Positions 63,080 to 64,000 of a stretch of DNA of 64,000 bases are shown piece after piece (the first letter of the stretch is position 1; each line of letters starts with the position of its first letter). Position numbers and translations under genes: made by a program. The stretch is from positions 1,902 through 65,901 of the forward strand of contig NW_021824833.1 of the NCBI RefSeq assembly GCF_006345805.1, in the 5' to 3' direction. A model generated the notes under the pieces. That model was given only the letters and a program-made list of their open reading frames with translations, was not told the origin of the DNA and ran no database searches. The DNA comes from Octopus sinensis. Its lineage: Eukaryota.

Positions 63080-64000
63080 TGTCCTGTTATAAATCTCGAG
63101 AACCAACAATATACAACGTAGCGAGTATTTCTAATTAAACCCAGAGACTAATGAAACCAAAACGACATTTTCGGATTTCTTCTTAACGCTCCGGCAGTTT
63201 CCAGTGTTGCGTGAAGGGCTTAAAAGAAGAGAAAATGCTTTCCAAATTCATTGCAGCATTCTCTGCACAATTGCATTTCAGGGCAAACTAAACCCCACTC
63301 ATTCTTCGATCCAATTTCTTCCTCCCACTCCTCCTCCACGTCCTCCACGACGCTCCCTTCCCTCATTCCACTAAACAGTTACTCCCACTACATCCCTCAA
63401 TTTTTACTACCCCGGTACATGCATCTGTCTCCCCCTCCCTCTCTCTGCTGGTCTGTGGAGGTTGAACTTGACACAAGGAACCTTCTTTCATCATTCTTCT
63501 GTACCGAAGCGACATCAGATCCGTTGTCAATCTTCATCAATTCCGCTTCATGCTCCTTCATCAGGAGAAAGAAAGAATGAAAGAGGGAGACAGAAAGATA
63601 AGCAAGAGAGAGAGAAAGAGAGAGAGAGAGAAAGGGGGAGGGAAGAAGCGAGGGGATTAGTTTTGTCTGCTGTTTATAATATTAATGAAAACGTCAAAAG
63701 TGCCATGTTAAGTTGTGAGACTGCGCGTGTTGGTGGGTGGTGTATCCGCGTGTGCGTGAGTGGTGTCAGTGTGTGTGTGTGTGTGGGTGCGTGTGTACTT
63801 TCATATGACGACCACACACACAATATACATTATATATATGTATATATATATATATGTAGATATATACATATATGTATTATATATGTATCTTATATGTGTG
63901 TAATATATTCATATATACATATATATATATGTATATATAGATTATATATATATATGTATATATATATATATGTATATATGTATATAGTATATATATATAT

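Overview
Eukaryotic, AT-rich DNA saturated with microsatellites and retroelements. The repeat content suggests a coleoid cephalopod (Octopus-like); this is an inference. One host gene can be rebuilt by hand: a minus-strand ketohexokinase (KHK, PfkB family) with 8 coding exons over 35253-57076. As assembled, it has a 1-nt frame mismatch at the exon 3/4 junction. The rest is mobile DNA: a full-length Tx1-clade LINE (15058-20413) and a truncated second Tx1 family, R4/Dong-, HERO- and RTE-type LINE remnants, Penelope-like fragments with hammerhead ribozyme motifs, Helitron-like elements, a ~480-bp foldback element and at least three SINE families. The most interesting signal is a three-part retro-system. 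Tx1 LINEs insert at one site (CAGACGAAATACC^) inside the tRNA-like head of a SINE. A variant of that SINE carries the Tx1 3' tail, including a covarying stem-loop. That variant inserts at the same site and regenerates it, building a head-to-tail nested array. All exon calls, translations and alignments were made by eye; family names come from remembered motifs and need database confirmation.
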